A DNA stretch of 64,000 nt from Eledone cirrhosa (GCA_964016885.1 OZ024740.1:275156001-275220000), one strand, 5' to 3'; counted from the stretch's first letter, positions 1 through 13,710 are shown. The notes: generated from the letters alone by a model not told the origin. Numbers and translations: made by a program.

Positions 1-128
1 TATTTTATCGACCCCATAAGGATGAAAGGCAAAGTTAACCTCGGTGCGATTTGAACACAGAATGGCAAGGGCCGTAACTCTATGCGTCAAAGCATGGCGT
101 CCGACCCTCTACCGATACTGCCAATGCC
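1..128 (-). mobile_element. tRNA-derived SINE family A (partial, runs off window edge)
   Basis: Reverse complement has A-box-like TGGCAGTATCGG, B-box-like GTTCAAATC and body GCCTTTCATCCTTA.GGGGTCGATAAAATA shared with about 10 other copies in the window. Confidence 0.85.
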
Positions 129-269
129 TAAATAATAAATATTTCTTTGGATCATAGAAGACCATGAAATGTCATGTTATGTTTTTTCCAGAATTTACTT
201 ACTGAAATTGCTGGTATTTTTTAATTATAGTTGTACTTGATTGTAAATAGATCTTGTCATAAGCCTAGC

Positions 270-450
270 ATAGGGGCATCTGTATGGTCACTTAATCTGC
301 TAGAAATACTGCCAAATCCCCTTTAAATCACACTCTATCACTCTAAAAAGAGTGGGAAGGATATTGGAATTCTAGATATAGAATATTTAAATAAATGTTG
401 TGAATGGTCTTGGTTAAAATAATTGTAATTATGTCTTATGAATTAAGGCA
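270..450 (+). repeat. Dispersed non-coding repeat (degenerate), related pieces at ~10880-11090 (-), ~16270-16410 and ~30030-30190
   Basis: Shared motifs GCTAGAAATA..GCCAAATC / TCAAATCACAC / TTAAAAA.G seen by eye in several places. Confidence 0.45.
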
Positions 451-3400
451 AAGAAGGTTAATTAGTCCTGCCTTATACTGATATAGTTTCCTGACATACT
501 TATAAACAGGAAAAGAGAAAAAAGAGGTGGGTTAATATATTGGAAGGGGAGATATGGGGTGAGAGCAAATACAAATACTGTCTGGATGATATATTTTTAC
601 TATACCAAAACAATGTTTGGCAGGATTTTATAGCCAAGCAATAAAACCTTCCATGCAGTCAATTATTTACTCCTAGTAAAAAATACTTTTATGTGTAAAC
701 TTACTTGTATTCTGAGATAAATTGTTTTCTTTTTCTTTTACTGGGGGAAGGGATGTAACACCCCTAACCCATTCTAGAGCCTACAAGATTGTTGGAAAGA
801 TGGTATCCTTAACCTGGAGACTGTCTTAATGTTTGTCACAGCATGGAATCTGCTAAAGTCCAGGTGATGGATCAAGTTTACCATCAAAATAAGCTATAAT
901 AGGATTTACACTGCAAATGCTAAGAGCCGGAATAAATACCACAGAACATCTCAACCAATGCTCTAACAATTTTGCCAAACTACTGTCAAAGAGTGCTACT
1001 TTATTTTATCAATTCTGAAAGGATGAATGACAGGATCTGAACCTAATAAATCTTAATATTTCAAAATATTAAACGAATTGTTTTGTACTTTTGTATTTCA
1101 CAGTGTTTCAATCATATATTTGAATTATCAAATTATAGTGTAGACCATAGAAATATCAAAGACAATATTTAATAATCCAGATATTTTTCAAGCTTCAACC
1201 AGAAGCCATTTATTTTCCTTTTCACTTCACTATTAGAAGTAGCATATTGTAACAGTGACACATCTGCTTAGGTATCTGTAGTAGTTATTCTAAGCTAATA
1301 GTAAGTATATATAATCAACTTTCGCTTGAGGCAAGTTGAATTAGGATAATTTCCTATCCCTTGGATAGAACACAATGATTATAATTGACAAGATAGATAC
1401 AAGCTCATGCTTTATATTCAAGAGTTTGAGAGACAGAAAATCAGTGTCTACTTGATCGCTGGGCCTCTTATGAAAATGAAAACTAAACTCAAAACTGACT
1501 GAACAGCTTTTCAATTTATCTTGTCTCTGCTAACGTTGTACTAGCAGCACTCCTTTATCCCTGACTACCCACTCATTGATTCCTAAAACAAAATCTGTTG
1601 TCTGCTATATCCTTACCACCACTCCTAAGTAATAAAGAGAGTGAGAGAGGGAAAGGATGGCTAGAAACTAACTAGAAGTGGAATTAAATTAAATTACTTG
1701 AGAATGTTAGTATGAAAGACTACAGGGGCAGCATTGGATATTGTTATACTTTGACATAGAGAGTGGGAAAAAATAAAAAGATGAAGTTAAAAGAAGAGAT
1801 GTAGAATGAGAGGAAGGAGACTAAAAGATGTGTGTGAGTGTCTGTATGAGAAACACAGTATGAAAAAGAGTGACATAAAGATAGATAGAGAGAAAGAATT
1901 TGAGAAAATAGTGAAAGATTGATAAAGTGATAACAGAAGACAAAAAAAGAGAAGTATACAACTCAAAATAGTGTGTGAGAGGGTTGTAGAAAGATAAAGA
2001 AGGTATTGGAGAGATATTGAGAAATAGAAAGTAAGAGAGATTTATAAGGAGAAAAAAGGAAAAAGAATGAAAAAAAAAGCAAAACAAAATAATGAATGAT
2101 TAAGAGTGTGGGTAATCAAGGGGGATGGCTAAAGAATAATCCAGGAACAAAAAGTGGCTGGAATGAGTGAAAAAAGAGAGGGAAAGATGAATCAATAAAT
2201 AATGGGAGAAAAAGAGAGAAACTGAAAGATATCTAGAAAGCTTAATAGAGAGAAAGTGAGAGAAACAGGCAGACAGAGTTGGGAGGGGAATAGAAGGGGA
2301 ATGGATGGTAGAATAGAGGAATCTATTGATTGTAAAATCGAAATCCTGTAAACTGGAAACAATGCAACATTCAGTATTTATCAATGCTCTGAGAAATCAG
2401 GTTGTATCACAGACAGAAATGTAGTTTAGAGTTGAGTATCTAATATCGAGTTGTAGAAACAGAACAGAAAATCTCAAATATTATCGATAACATTGTGATA
2501 TCAATTTGCTTTACTGCTTAATGCCTGCTTCCAAACAAAGGCAGTGTTTGTTTATTACTGGCTTTATTTACAAGACGATTACTTATTAGGTCCTGAGATC
2601 ATTCTGTTTACATAAATGAGATGAGAAATATTTATTGGAGGTACTAGACTAGTCTAAGAGAAAATACCATATATATGTTAAAGAAAATGTTGCTATAGTG
2701 CAGTGGTTAGCCTATGTATTTGATTTGATCTTGTTTGTTGGATATGTATGGTTGTGGCTTGATTCCTGTTAAAGTGTTATTACTCCATCCTTATTTGTAT
2801 ATGCAATAGCTTTGAGTTTTCTGACCTCATGCCATGCTCATAAGTTCAAATCTCAAATCATTCAATAACCTAAGAAATGCTCATAACTTTGCTCTCTTCA
2901 GTTTTCCCAAAGGACAAAAATCAGAAATAATTTCCAATCCCATTTCAAGGGTTAGTTCCATTTATTTCCACCCTGATCCACTCAACACACCTAACTGTTT
3001 TCAGGCTCTCACCTTTTACTGCACCTGAAATAAACACTATTTCATCCTTCTTTCCCAGAACAACTACTCATGTTTTTTCCTGCAGACATTGAACTACATA
3101 CAGAAGCTGAAACTGAACTTCAACGATATCATGCTTACCACACTGCAAAGTTCAAAGTTCTTTTTTGACAAATTTATCTTTTGACAAGTTTGACAAAAAC
3201 TTATAACTGCATCAAAGATTAAAGGACAGTTGCTCCAACAAAATCATTATATCACCAAAACAAAATAATGTAAATGGTAAAAAAAATAAATGTTAGCAAA
3301 GTACATGGCCAATATTTTGTATGTAAGCATCAATATGAATAAATTTGCTCATATATCTCAGAAGAGATTGAAAGGATTAACAGGAATTAAAGTGATAACT

Positions 3401-4542
3401 GGTAGGAACAAATTTGCAACTTACTATCATCATCATTTAATTATCATTGTTGGCATGACTTGGGTAGGTTGTTGTAGTTTGAATTAGTTCTATCTAGAGT
3501 TACTGTTGTTCTAGATATGTCAGATGACTACATCTTGCTTGTACGTTCCATATTTGACAGAGGGTTCTTTAGCTCGATGCCCTTCTTAACACCAACCCTT
3601 TAAAAGAGTGTATGTATTGCATTTTACTATAGTACCAGCACAATTGTGTTTGCTTTAAATTTTGCATGATTAAAGATTACTCACTCTTCAATATTGTCTC
3701 TCTTCATTCAAGACAACATGATTTTATGAAGTTACATTTAAATTATTTTCTTAGTTTATAATGTGCATCTCTTTTTCAAATATTACCTGAATATTTAAAA
3801 ATGATTTTCAGAAAATATCTTTTAGATATTTTATTGTTCTTCCCAACTTTTTCAATTCCAATTGAATTCACTATTTATCCTCTAAAGCAAAGGTTCTCAA
3901 CCCATTTTGCCCCTCAAAGTCACGAAACGCCCCCCCCCCCTACCCTATTTTTCCACTTTTCAATATACTACTGATTTTGATATCAGTAGATTGCTGGGCC
4001 AAATCAAGTTATCTTAGATTCTTTAAAAAATACTCGTACGAATTAAATACAAAAAAAGTTTCAGTCCAAAACAAAAGCAAGCTATTTCAAATATATATTT
4101 TTGAAATAAAAAAAAAACATTTGATCTCAGTCGAAAAAGCTTTTTTTTTTTTAAATTCTATATTTCACTGTTAGCTGTTGTAATATTTTGAGTGGATAGA
4201 CAATTGAAACTGCAAAGTCAAAATACAAAAGATGCAAAATATGAAGAATTTCTTACTTTTCTCTGAAATCACAAACTCAGGGCAAAAATAGTACCTTGCA
4301 AAATAATATACCTAGCAAAATAAGTAGTAAGGAATGAATTGAGAAGCTTGGTGACTGAGAAAGCAATATTTTTATCCCTTATATATAAACATAGATAGAC
4401 ACACACACACACACACACATATATATACACACATACAAACGTGTGTGTGTGTGTGCCTTGGTACAGAAAGAATTTTGTCTACAGTTTTTTATTGCCAGGT
4501 CAAAGGCCACAGCTCTTTTCAACAACGCCAAATAACAACGAT

Positions 4543-4595
<53 letters not shown>

Positions 4596-4656
4596 AATGA
4601 AGAGCGAAAGAGGGAGGGACAGAGAGAGTAAGAAATGTGTGTGTGTTTGGTACACG

Positions 4657-4689
<33 letters not shown>

Positions 4690-4909
4690 TTATCTCCAAC
4701 AGGGGACTCACACATGCGGCCCGCGAACTACTTATCTGTGGCCCATGGTAGAACCAATATTTCTTATCGCATTATAACTGGTGAAAATTTTCACCCACCA
4801 CCACGTTTGGCCCACTGTGCCTCTGCTCCAGGACGTAATAGCCCTTTTGTGTCCTTGAGTTTGAGACCCCTCTTCTACACACACACACACACACATATAT
4901 ATATTTACT

Positions 4910-5145
4910 TTTTTCTGGACTACGCCCATGCTGGAGCATCACCTTGGTAAGTTATGGGGACGTCAACAAACCAACAAGTATTGGTGGGAGAGCAAACACA
5001 AACGCAAAGACACACACAGACATATATACATATATACGACGGGCTTCTTTTAGTTTCAATCTATCAAATCCACTCCCAGGGCTTTGGTCGGCCCGGGCAG
5101 TAGGACTGAACCCGGAAATATGTGGTTGGGAAACAAGCTTCTTGT
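4910..5145 (-). mobile_element. Internally deleted copy of an abundant octopus-type tRNA SINE
   Basis: Minus strand reads AAGAAGCTTGTTTCCCAACCAC...CCGGGTTCAGTCC...GGGCCGACCAAAGCC..GAGTGGATTTG...GAAGCCCGTCGTATATATG...GCTCCAGCATGG; family recognised from memory. Confidence 0.65.
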
Positions 5146-5164
5146 GTGTCACACTGCATATATT

Positions 5165-5196
<32 letters not shown>

Positions 5197-5248
5197 AGTG
5201 TATGTGTGTGTGTGTATAATATATTATACACACACATATATATATAAC

Positions 5249-6059
5249 CTTACACACTTAAATATAAATGCATGTATATATATACAAATGTATAAATGCA
5301 TAGCTATATACATACGTAAATGTATGTATGTATATATGTATGTATGTATGTACACACATACATACATATACATACATACATACATACATACATATGTATG
5401 TATATGTATGTGCTACTGGTAACATGTATCCCAGTACAACCTGTCTCATGGTCGGGTCGTTGGCGACTAAACTGGCAACCCCACCAAGGTTTCTTGGTGA
5501 GGAGGGTGACTTTGGACATCCTGCAGGACTAAAAACAAAACCTGTCAAAGGGCAAAGGAGCTCTTAAAAATCAATGGCCATCCAAAATCACCGGGAGAGA
5601 TGACCCCTTAGCCTTTGTCAAGGCAGAATTCTAGGAGAAGGAAAACTCTGATATAACACCTGCAACCCTGATGGTATCCAATGATGTTGACTTGTTCTTC
5701 TTTTTGGTAAATATCATCTTGGTTAAGAGAGTGGGACTGGCTTTGTGCAGTGCCTTTGCTCACTATAAAAGCTTCACGGCACAGGCATTGCTTTATATCT
5801 GGAGATCTCTCTGCACTTGTCGTCACATGGTACCATGGGCCCAGCACTATGTGTCAATAATTGTCACAAGTGTCATGTTTGTACCAGAGTTTTCAAGTCG
5901 CTGGCTGGACTAAAAAGTCACACTTGTTCAGCGCATCGGTAGGGGTTCTCCTACATGGATATAAAGTAGTGGCCGTACTCGAAAACGAGTTGGCAGCCAC
6001 CACCATGTATGTATGTATGTAGATTGATATATATATATGTATGTATGTAGATTTATAAT

Positions 6060-6110
<51 letters not shown>

Positions 6111-6217
6111 TATGTATGTATGTAGATTTATATATATAAATATATATATATATGTGTGTATGTATGTATGTATATTTATATATATGTATGTATATTTATA
6201 TATATATATATATGTAG

Positions 6218-6256
<39 letters not shown>

Positions 6257-6326
6257 CATTTACGTATGTATATAGCTATGCATTTATACATTTGTCTATA
6301 TACTGCATTTATATTTAAGTGTGTAA
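5249..6326. repeat. ~80-bp inverted duplication (5249-5330 / 6251-6326) bracketing an inserted element
   Basis: TTACACACTTAAATATAAATGCA...CAAATGTATAAATGCATAGCTATATACATACGTAAATGTATGTA present in both orientations. Confidence 0.85.
5412..6006 (+). mobile_element. Non-autonomous retroelement (probably RTE-related); second copy at ~28405-28797
   Basis: Shared blocks GAGAGTGGGA.TGGC.TTGTG..GCCTTT.CTCAC, GCACAGGCATTGCTT, GGACTAAAAAG, GAGTTG(G)CAGCCA followed by a (CAC/CAT)n tail in both copies. Confidence 0.6.
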
Positions 6327-8269
6327 TGATGTTGATCTGATCTATGTCTTCTTTTTTTGGTAAGGAGAACATTTTTGTCACCAGATTTTATTACCTAGGG
6401 AGTTTAAATACCACACTTCCACACTTCTGGCTGAAAGCTTGACCAGGTTCTCAACTTCATCAAACACTAACGCCGGCCTGTGTGTGTACATATGTGTGTG
6501 TGTATGTATGTGTATATATGTGTGTGTGTATGTATGTATGTGTATGTTCACCACCATTGCTTCTTCTTGTCATATCTGTTGAAGTAGTCCTTACTTTCAT
6601 TCTCTTTGATTTCTTTTGATTTTCTTTTATCTCCCAAGGGAATTCGTTGACAAGCATCTTTAATTTATTTTCTTTGTTTTCTTCATTCAAATCACTGACT
6701 GTCTAAGAGACATACAAATATGACTAATAAAACTTACCAAACTAAAAGAACTTCTAGCGCCCTCAAAGTTTCAAACTTACTGCATAACGCCCCCTAATGG
6801 CCCATTACTGCATAACACCCCCCTAGGGCTACGAAACGCCCCCCCATTGAGAACCTTTAATCTAAAGTATAATCTAGAAAATGTGGTGTGGTAAATAAAT
6901 ATATACATATACAACATGTCCGAACACATTGAAACCACACTCCCACTGTCACTGCCTCCATCTCTCCCACTCTTTCCATCTTTCACTATTCTTATCTTAC
7001 ACATTTTTTAAAAAGAAATATGCCACCCATTTCAACACTGCCACCTGATTCTAGGGTGGCCTTGGGAATATTCATTTTGTTGCAAGTATTCGGATCAGGC
7101 CCTCTGCCCCCCCCCCCCCCCCCTCCCAACAGTGTTTGTACTGCAGATATTTCCATGTAGTTGACAATCCTACCAGTTTGGGAGGTTTACAGAAGTTTGC
7201 ACACAGTACAATGTGAGTTAAAGCATTAGAATTAAACTGACTCTTTCTAAATAATAAAGATTCTCTGACCAGTGTTTATTTCAAAAATTTGTTAGTGCTA
7301 AGCAGATGAGACAAAAATCTTTCTCTGGAAAGAATTCTGGTTTATCACAGGTAGTTTTTACTGCAGAAGCTATTGAATTCTGCATTGCAGTAAATTATAA
7401 CAAGTCCCCAATAGTATATCTTGATAAATATAATTGCATACTTAATTCCTCATTGAAATTGTTAACTAATTTTGCTAACTGCATCACTCTTCAGAGTTTG
7501 CTTGTTTCTTATTTTCCATTCATCTACATCTTATTTAGTTAGCACCACCAGACTGCAGCATATAGTATATCTCTAGCTCAATGAATATTTGGTACATTAG
7601 TTTGCTCTTTACCCTGAAATTCTATTGTAGTTCTCTCACTAGGAAGAGACTCTCAGTGGCACTCCATTCTGACACAAGCTCAAATGGTATCACATCTAAA
7701 GATATTTTCTTTCTAATTAGTTGCACTATAACATTTTATGTTACTTTTATAACTTAATCCATCAGCTTGTTACATTCCTTGCCTTAATATTCTCGATAGT
7801 AGTTTTGATCATATGGCTGTTGATTTCAATAGCCGATCCATATATTGGGTCTACTTGGAGTCGTCGTCGTTTTGCCATACATTTTCCTCATTCTTATACC
7901 AGTATTTTCTAACCACCACCTCCTTAGCACCAATGAAGGAAAGTGTACTGCTATCATTACATAGTTAATTTTCACCAAAAATATTCTGAATTATACTGGT
8001 AAACTACTATTTTTACTAAGTACACTTGATGCTCAACAGCATCTCTAGCTATTTGATATTGTCTCTTGCTACCCACATCCATTCTTTCATTCTTTCTGAG
8101 TGTATCTCTTAGCGTTTATCACTCTGTTTCCCATAACATTCCACTAATATTTCATATTTCTACCTAACTGGAACCATGCTCTATCTAGAGATCTGATCAG
8201 TGGCTTGTGGGAAGCTCGTCTTGGAAATGATCTGAGTTGCCTTATATGTTATATGTCTTGGTCTCGTCC

Positions 8270-8850
8270 TCATTTTTAATATATGCATTACATAGTACCA
8301 TTTTATACTTCCGTATTGCTGAAGGATATTTTAGTATTCCTATCTTCTTGCACAAGATTATCCTGTGACTATGGCTTCATCCATAATTGTTAGTATTCAT
8401 AATCATCTGTTTATTCTGTTTTATTGTTGAATATGAAGTACATTTCTGTAGCATATTTGGCTTATTGGTAAGTGATCAGTTGGATGACCAGTTTTATGAA
8501 ATTAGTTGTAAGAGGTGGCTAAAAAGGTTGACATTAAGGAGGGCATCTGGATGAAAAGATTGTCTTAAAAAATTCTATCCAACTCATTCCAGCATGGCAA
8601 TGTGGGCGTGAACACAATGATGATGATGAAACCTCAATTATTTTATCTCTTCGTTTCTTTTTCAACAGTATGCCTATTCCACCAATTCCAGTGCTGTTAC
8701 ACATACTAAAGAATTTATACCTGTATTTATTGCCCGCGAGCAGTTTGGGTGAAATTTCACTCCATTTCACCTCTGATACAGCACACATATACTCACTTCC
8801 ACTCTAAAATCTCTACTATATTTCCAGATCTACTTTTCATTGTCAACATT
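8270..8850 (-). pseudogene. Decayed RTE LINE APE-endonuclease fragment, interrupted by an RTE 3' tail at ~8560-8625 (+)
   Basis: ORF 8534-8788 CAVSEVKW...YKFFSMCNSTGIGGIGILL...DKIIEV aligns by eye to the RTE APE at 38002-38236. Confidence 0.7.
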
Positions 8851-8859
8851 CATGGTATA

Positions 8860-9138
8860 GTGAAGGCACATAGCCTAGTGGTAAGTGTGTTGCACTTATG
8901 ATTATAATGTTGTGGGTTCAATTCCTGGGCTGGGTTATATGTTGTGTTCTTGAGAAAAATACTTCATTTCAGGTTGCTCCAGTATACTCAATTGAAAAGG
9001 GGTACCAGCTGGGGGTTTAACTCTACAATAGACTGGTGTCCTGACCAAGGGGGAGTTTTGTACTTTCAGTTGCTTCATGTCATGAAACTGGAATAAGCGC
9101 CAACCTGACAAGCCTCCCGGCTTGAGACAGACTTTAGA
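8860..9138 (+). mobile_element. tRNA-derived CORE-type SINE (family B variant)
   Basis: TAGCCTAGTGG A-box, GGTTCAATTCC B-box, CORE-like GTGTTCTTGAGAAAAATACTT, 3' GCTTCATG..GAAACTGGAATAAGC tail. Confidence 0.7.
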
Positions 9139-9670
9139 CTTTTCTAGATAGACAACATCCATGGTAGTATTTCTGATGTTTTGCACTTAATAGCATTGTT
9201 TGAGTTGTTTAAAGTCTTCTTTAATTTTTTTTTTTTGTATCTGAAAGGAAGTGAACTGATGTATATATTTGAGGCACAATAACTGGGAGGTCACGATGCT
9301 GCACTACTGACCACATGGTTATAAATTCAAATCTTATTACAACTCCTGTATCATGTACCTTTGGACAGGACATATAAATCTGTTAGATCCAGTTTGTTTG
9401 GCTGTCAAAAATAAGCAGGTTCCACTTTTCCTTCATGGTTGAACGGATAGCAAGAGAAAGTATGTCCAACTGAAACAAAATACAGTTACTAAAATATATA
9501 AAAGAATAAGACAAAATATCCCTGCTAAACACTCATGCAATATAACACAATCAAGACGCATGGATAAATGCAGTATTACAAACATGGAAAAATAGATGTA
9601 AAACTGATACTATTGAAGTTGACAACAAATATGTATATATATAAATATATATATATAATATATACAGACA

Positions 9671-9733
<63 letters not shown>

Positions 9734-11306
9734 TATGTATATATATCATTCATTTTCATCCTTTTTTATTATCATTCAGGCACGAATGGTTTCGCTTTGT
9801 TTTTTAATTTGGATATTTGCAAAGGAATTCTTAGAGTTCAGTTTTATATACCTTGTTATTTTTCTTATTGTTAACCACTCAACTTTGAACTGAAGTTGCA
9901 TAGACTTAGACATGAAGAATAATGTCCCCTGTTTATAGCTTACAAAGTAATAGTGACTGCAGTTATGTGGTCACTTGTGATGCACATTCAACTCTATCAT
10001 TTAACTTATATTTTTAAATGAAAATAAAAATAATTTACTAATATTTGATACCCATAATTATTTGTTATTATTTCAAAATAAGTACATACACATTTTATGC
10101 AATAGTCAAAATTTGTATAGTTGTCAGAACAAAAAATTTGTATATAAATCTTTAAATAAATAATACTTTTAAAATGATTGCCAAATTTGATAATCATAGT
10201 AGATCTGTTCTCTATCCAAAAAGTTTGATATCTATAAGGGCTATTTACAAATATCTTTTTACACCTTGAGAATTGATAACTGCTGGAATTTATAGACATT
10301 TGTTTATACCTTCAGTATCGATATCCGATAGTATTTATAGACATGTGTTTACATCTTGATATACGAACTAGAAGAATTGACTCAGAATGGAGGGGATATT
10401 AGCAGAGGACAGTTTGAAGGTACTGTGTGGTGTGTGAAAGTACTGGAAAGAAGGATGTAAATTGTAAGATTACATCTTGAGAATTGATATTTGTTTACAT
10501 TGTGGAAATTGATACATCCATTGACATTTCACAGTGTCACTTGTCTTTTAGATTATAATGAACAATAGCTTATATTGTGTCACAAGGGCACATATTAGCA
10601 AAAGCAATACTATAGGGCTAGACAAAAACAATGATTTGCAATATTTAGTTTCATAATTTATGGCCTGAGTTAAGATTCCACAAAGTTTGTTTTTACCTTT
10701 TACTCTGATAAAATATACACCAGCAAAACATTGAGCTCAATTCTATTGTTGAGATAGTATTATGTTGGTTTACTTTCCAAATAATCAATAGATGATATTT
10801 CATCTTCCCTAATATTAGTCTGTGTTTCCTGACAACATCAAAGAATTGAATTAAATTTCAATGATGCAAACCATTTTGTTGTTTAGCTCTAAGTCTGTTC
10901 TGATTGAACAGACTAATTTACTATTAGCATTCCAACTGTGAATATAAGATATTTTTAGGGGTTTCTTGTATTATAATCTTTGGGTTCTTCCTGTAGTTAA
11001 GTCAGCAGGATGTCATTAGAAGGCAATCTGACTGCTGTTTCTAGCAGATTGACTGACCTGACAGAAGCTCCCTCATAAGCTTACCAGTTCATTTGTCTAT
11101 AAATATATATCATATTGAAAGCATCAGAGGTCACCATATGACTGATGAGTATTTTGTTAATATGAAATGTTGTGTTAAAATATTCAGGAAGGTCTGTAGT
11201 AAGCAACACTCGACCATTTCTCAACATCTTCTCTGGAATTATTACTTACAAATTAAATCAGCAGAATGACAAAAACAAAACTGAGTGACTAAGAAAATAT
11301 TGCAAT

Positions 11307-12090
11307 TCTTCTTCTTCTTCTTCTTCTTCTTTTTCTTTTTCTTTTTCTTTTTCTTCTTCTTCTTCTTCTCTGTCTTCGTTGTTGTCTTTACTTTTATCTT
11401 TTGTTTTTCTTGGGGAGGGTCGTGTGGGCAGAGTGTAGAGTCCTCAAGCACATCTTCCAGAATGTCCTGTCAGAAGCAAACATCTCCAGCTAATCTGTGA
11501 AATCAGTGAATCCCTGAAACCAGCCAAGCTCATAGATGTTACCCCAACATTTTGCTTGGGGGGTCTACCCTCGGTTCCCTGCCAATTTGATTCACCTAAA
11601 ATCTGTCCATCAATTCTTTTCTGAGATATTCTAACCACATTTCATAATATCGGAGATGTGATCTAGCAATTCAGAGAAGTCACAGTGCTACCACGAGTAG
11701 CTCTCTATGCACTCTCTCAAAGTTTTTTTGAAGTAACCTTATCTTAGCTGCTTGCATTCATGATCATATTCTTTCAGTCATTACCCAAGATTCATGATAG
11801 GTAAAGGTTGGCACAAATATTGAATTGAAGATCATGAGTCTGACTTTTACACCAACCTCCCATCTTATGACCATATGAACACACAGCCCAAGATACTTGG
11901 ACTTCTCTACATGCTTCAGTGCAACTCCACTCACTTGTAGATTAAACTGTGCAGGCTGCCTTGGGAGGACAAGTGTCTCAGGTTTTGCAGCAATGATTTT
12001 CATTTTTGCTGTGCTGCATTCAGCAGCAAAGATATCAAGTGCATGCTGAAGATCGCCTTCTGATGAGTTATGTAGTACCATGTCATCCAA
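11307..12090 (-). pseudogene. 5'-truncated RTE-clade LINE (Rex3/Expander-like) with (GAA)n tail
   Basis: ORF 11764-12102 DLQHALDIFAAEC..KMKI..VEKSKYLG..IFVPTFTYHESWVMTE is the RT C-terminal/thumb region; (TTC)n at 11307-11370 is the tail. Confidence 0.75.
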
Positions 12091-12235
12091 AATTCCAGGC
12101 AACTGATCCTACATCCACTAGTCTACTTATTTAATCAAGAGAACAGGCTTAAATAATTTATGACATAGTTTAATCCGTTGTAGTTATTGACATTTAGCAC
12201 CAGTTAAGTTTTGTCTTTGTTTTTCATATACTATA

Positions 12236-12405
12236 GTGTATCCCTCTCTTCTCTCTCCCCTCCTCTCTCTCCTCTCTCTCTCCTCTCTCTCCCCTCTTCC
12301 GTCTTCTCTCTCTGCCCTCTCTTGCTCCTATCTCCTTCGCTCTCTCCTCTCCCTCCTTCTCTCTCCTCTCATTTCTCATCTCTCCTCTCCTCTCTTACTC
12401 TCTCA
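12236..12405. repeat. CT-rich low-complexity tract
   Basis: Degenerate (CT)n/(CCT)n. Confidence 0.9.
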
Positions 12406-12887
12406 AAAGACCTACAAATCACTATTAACTTTTTAATGATCTAAACTCAGAAATATCAGTGAGACAACTAAATACTGTAAACCATTTAATCTGGCACTAT
12501 ACTATCTTAGCTGTCTCCATATGCAACAGTAATGCTTTCTCCCATTCTGTGCATCATTTTTCTATTATCTCTGGGTTTTTTTCCTTCTGCACACTGGCTT
12601 TTCTATCAAATTCACCTCTTTGTGTCCTTCTGCTGGTCAAAGTATAACAATATAAAGGAACATCCTGCTCCCTGTCCTTTTGTTCTGTTTGTATTCTAAA
12701 TCGCCTTCCATCAACTTCCTGTTATTAGCTACACTTGGCTCAGGATTCTTTGTTCGAGTAAATAACTAAATAAATAAATATTTTTTCTTTTTTTTTTTTT
12801 GTTAATCCCTTCAAGAATCAAAAGAGTATTAAGTGTAGCTAGGCTGAAAAGAATTGTCCCTTTGAAAGCAGTATTTGTTTATTTATT

Positions 12888-12890
<3 letters not shown>

Positions 12891-12935
<45 letters not shown>

Positions 12936-12938
12936 ATA

Positions 12939-13011
<73 letters not shown>
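12891..13011. repeat. (TA)n microsatellite
   Basis: Direct inspection. Confidence 0.95.
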
Positions 13012-13014
<3 letters not shown>

Positions 13015-13238
13015 GCATTTCTTCAGGAATTCTAAAATCTTATGATGCAACTTCTTTTAGCTTGTTGGAATATAAGAAAGATCAAGGCAGATGGCTTATT
13101 CTTTCTTTTTTCATGGTGCATGAGACTTCATCATGATGTATTTGTTTTGATAATGATGTTGATGATGAACATGATTATGATGATGTTGATATTTGTGCTT
13201 TTTACTGTCAGAGGTAGTTGTGAGAATTATGATCATTC

Positions 13239-13710
13239 GGTGGATTGGCAGTATCGGTAAGGGTCGGACGCCATCATGCTTTGAAGCATAGAGTTACCTC
13301 CCTTTATGATCTGAGTTCAAATCCCGCCGAGGTTAACTTTGCCTTTCATCCTTACGGGGTCGATAAAATAAAGTACCAGTAATGCACTGGGATAATTGCT
13401 GGCCTTGTGCCAAAAGTAGAAACAATTATTATTGTTACTCAGTATAAAAAAGCTTTCTGGTATTTAGTTGTGTTCCTTTGTGATCTGAGATCAAATCCCG
13501 CCGAGGTTAACTTTGCCTTCATCTTTACGGGGTCGATAAAATAAAGTACCAGTAATGTACTGGGTAATTGCTGGCCTTGTGCCTAATATAGAAACAATTA
13601 TTATTGTTACTTTATTGTCATCAGTATAAAAAAGCTTTCTGAGATCAAATATCACTGAAGTCGATTTTGCTTTTTTGTCCATCCAAAGTTGACAAAATAA
13701 GTACCAGATC
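13239..13710 (+). mobile_element. Cluster of SINE family A copies (full 13239-13433; 5'-truncated 13481-13603; degenerate 13640-13710)
   Basis: Repeated TCAAATCCCGCCGAGGTTAACTTTGCCTT..CATC.TTACGGGGTCGATAAAATAAAGTACCAG and ...AGAAACAATTATTATT ends. Confidence 0.9.

Larger units (their letters stand above)
3888..6859. mobile_element. Non-autonomous hAT (Charlie-like) DNA transposon with nested insertions
   Basis: TIRs CAAAGGTTCTCAA (3888) and TTGAGAACCTTTA (6847-6859); 8-bp TSD CTCTAAAG (3880-3887) / ATCTAAAG (6860-6867); subterminal ACGAAACGCCCCC motifs at both ends; no transposase ORF. Confidence 0.75.

Noticed and set aside
1630-2320. Hydrophobic minus-strand ORFs 1821-2087 and 2100-2384
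   Set aside because: Translations of a GA-rich low-complexity tract
6328-6690. Possible transposase-associated coding remnant inside the hAT shell
   Set aside because: Needs frameshifts and shows no diagnostic motif; cannot be supported without a profile search
13239-13335. Functional tRNA genes at SINE heads
   Set aside because: They have A/B boxes but no complete cloverleaf and continue into SINE bodies with tails and TSDs
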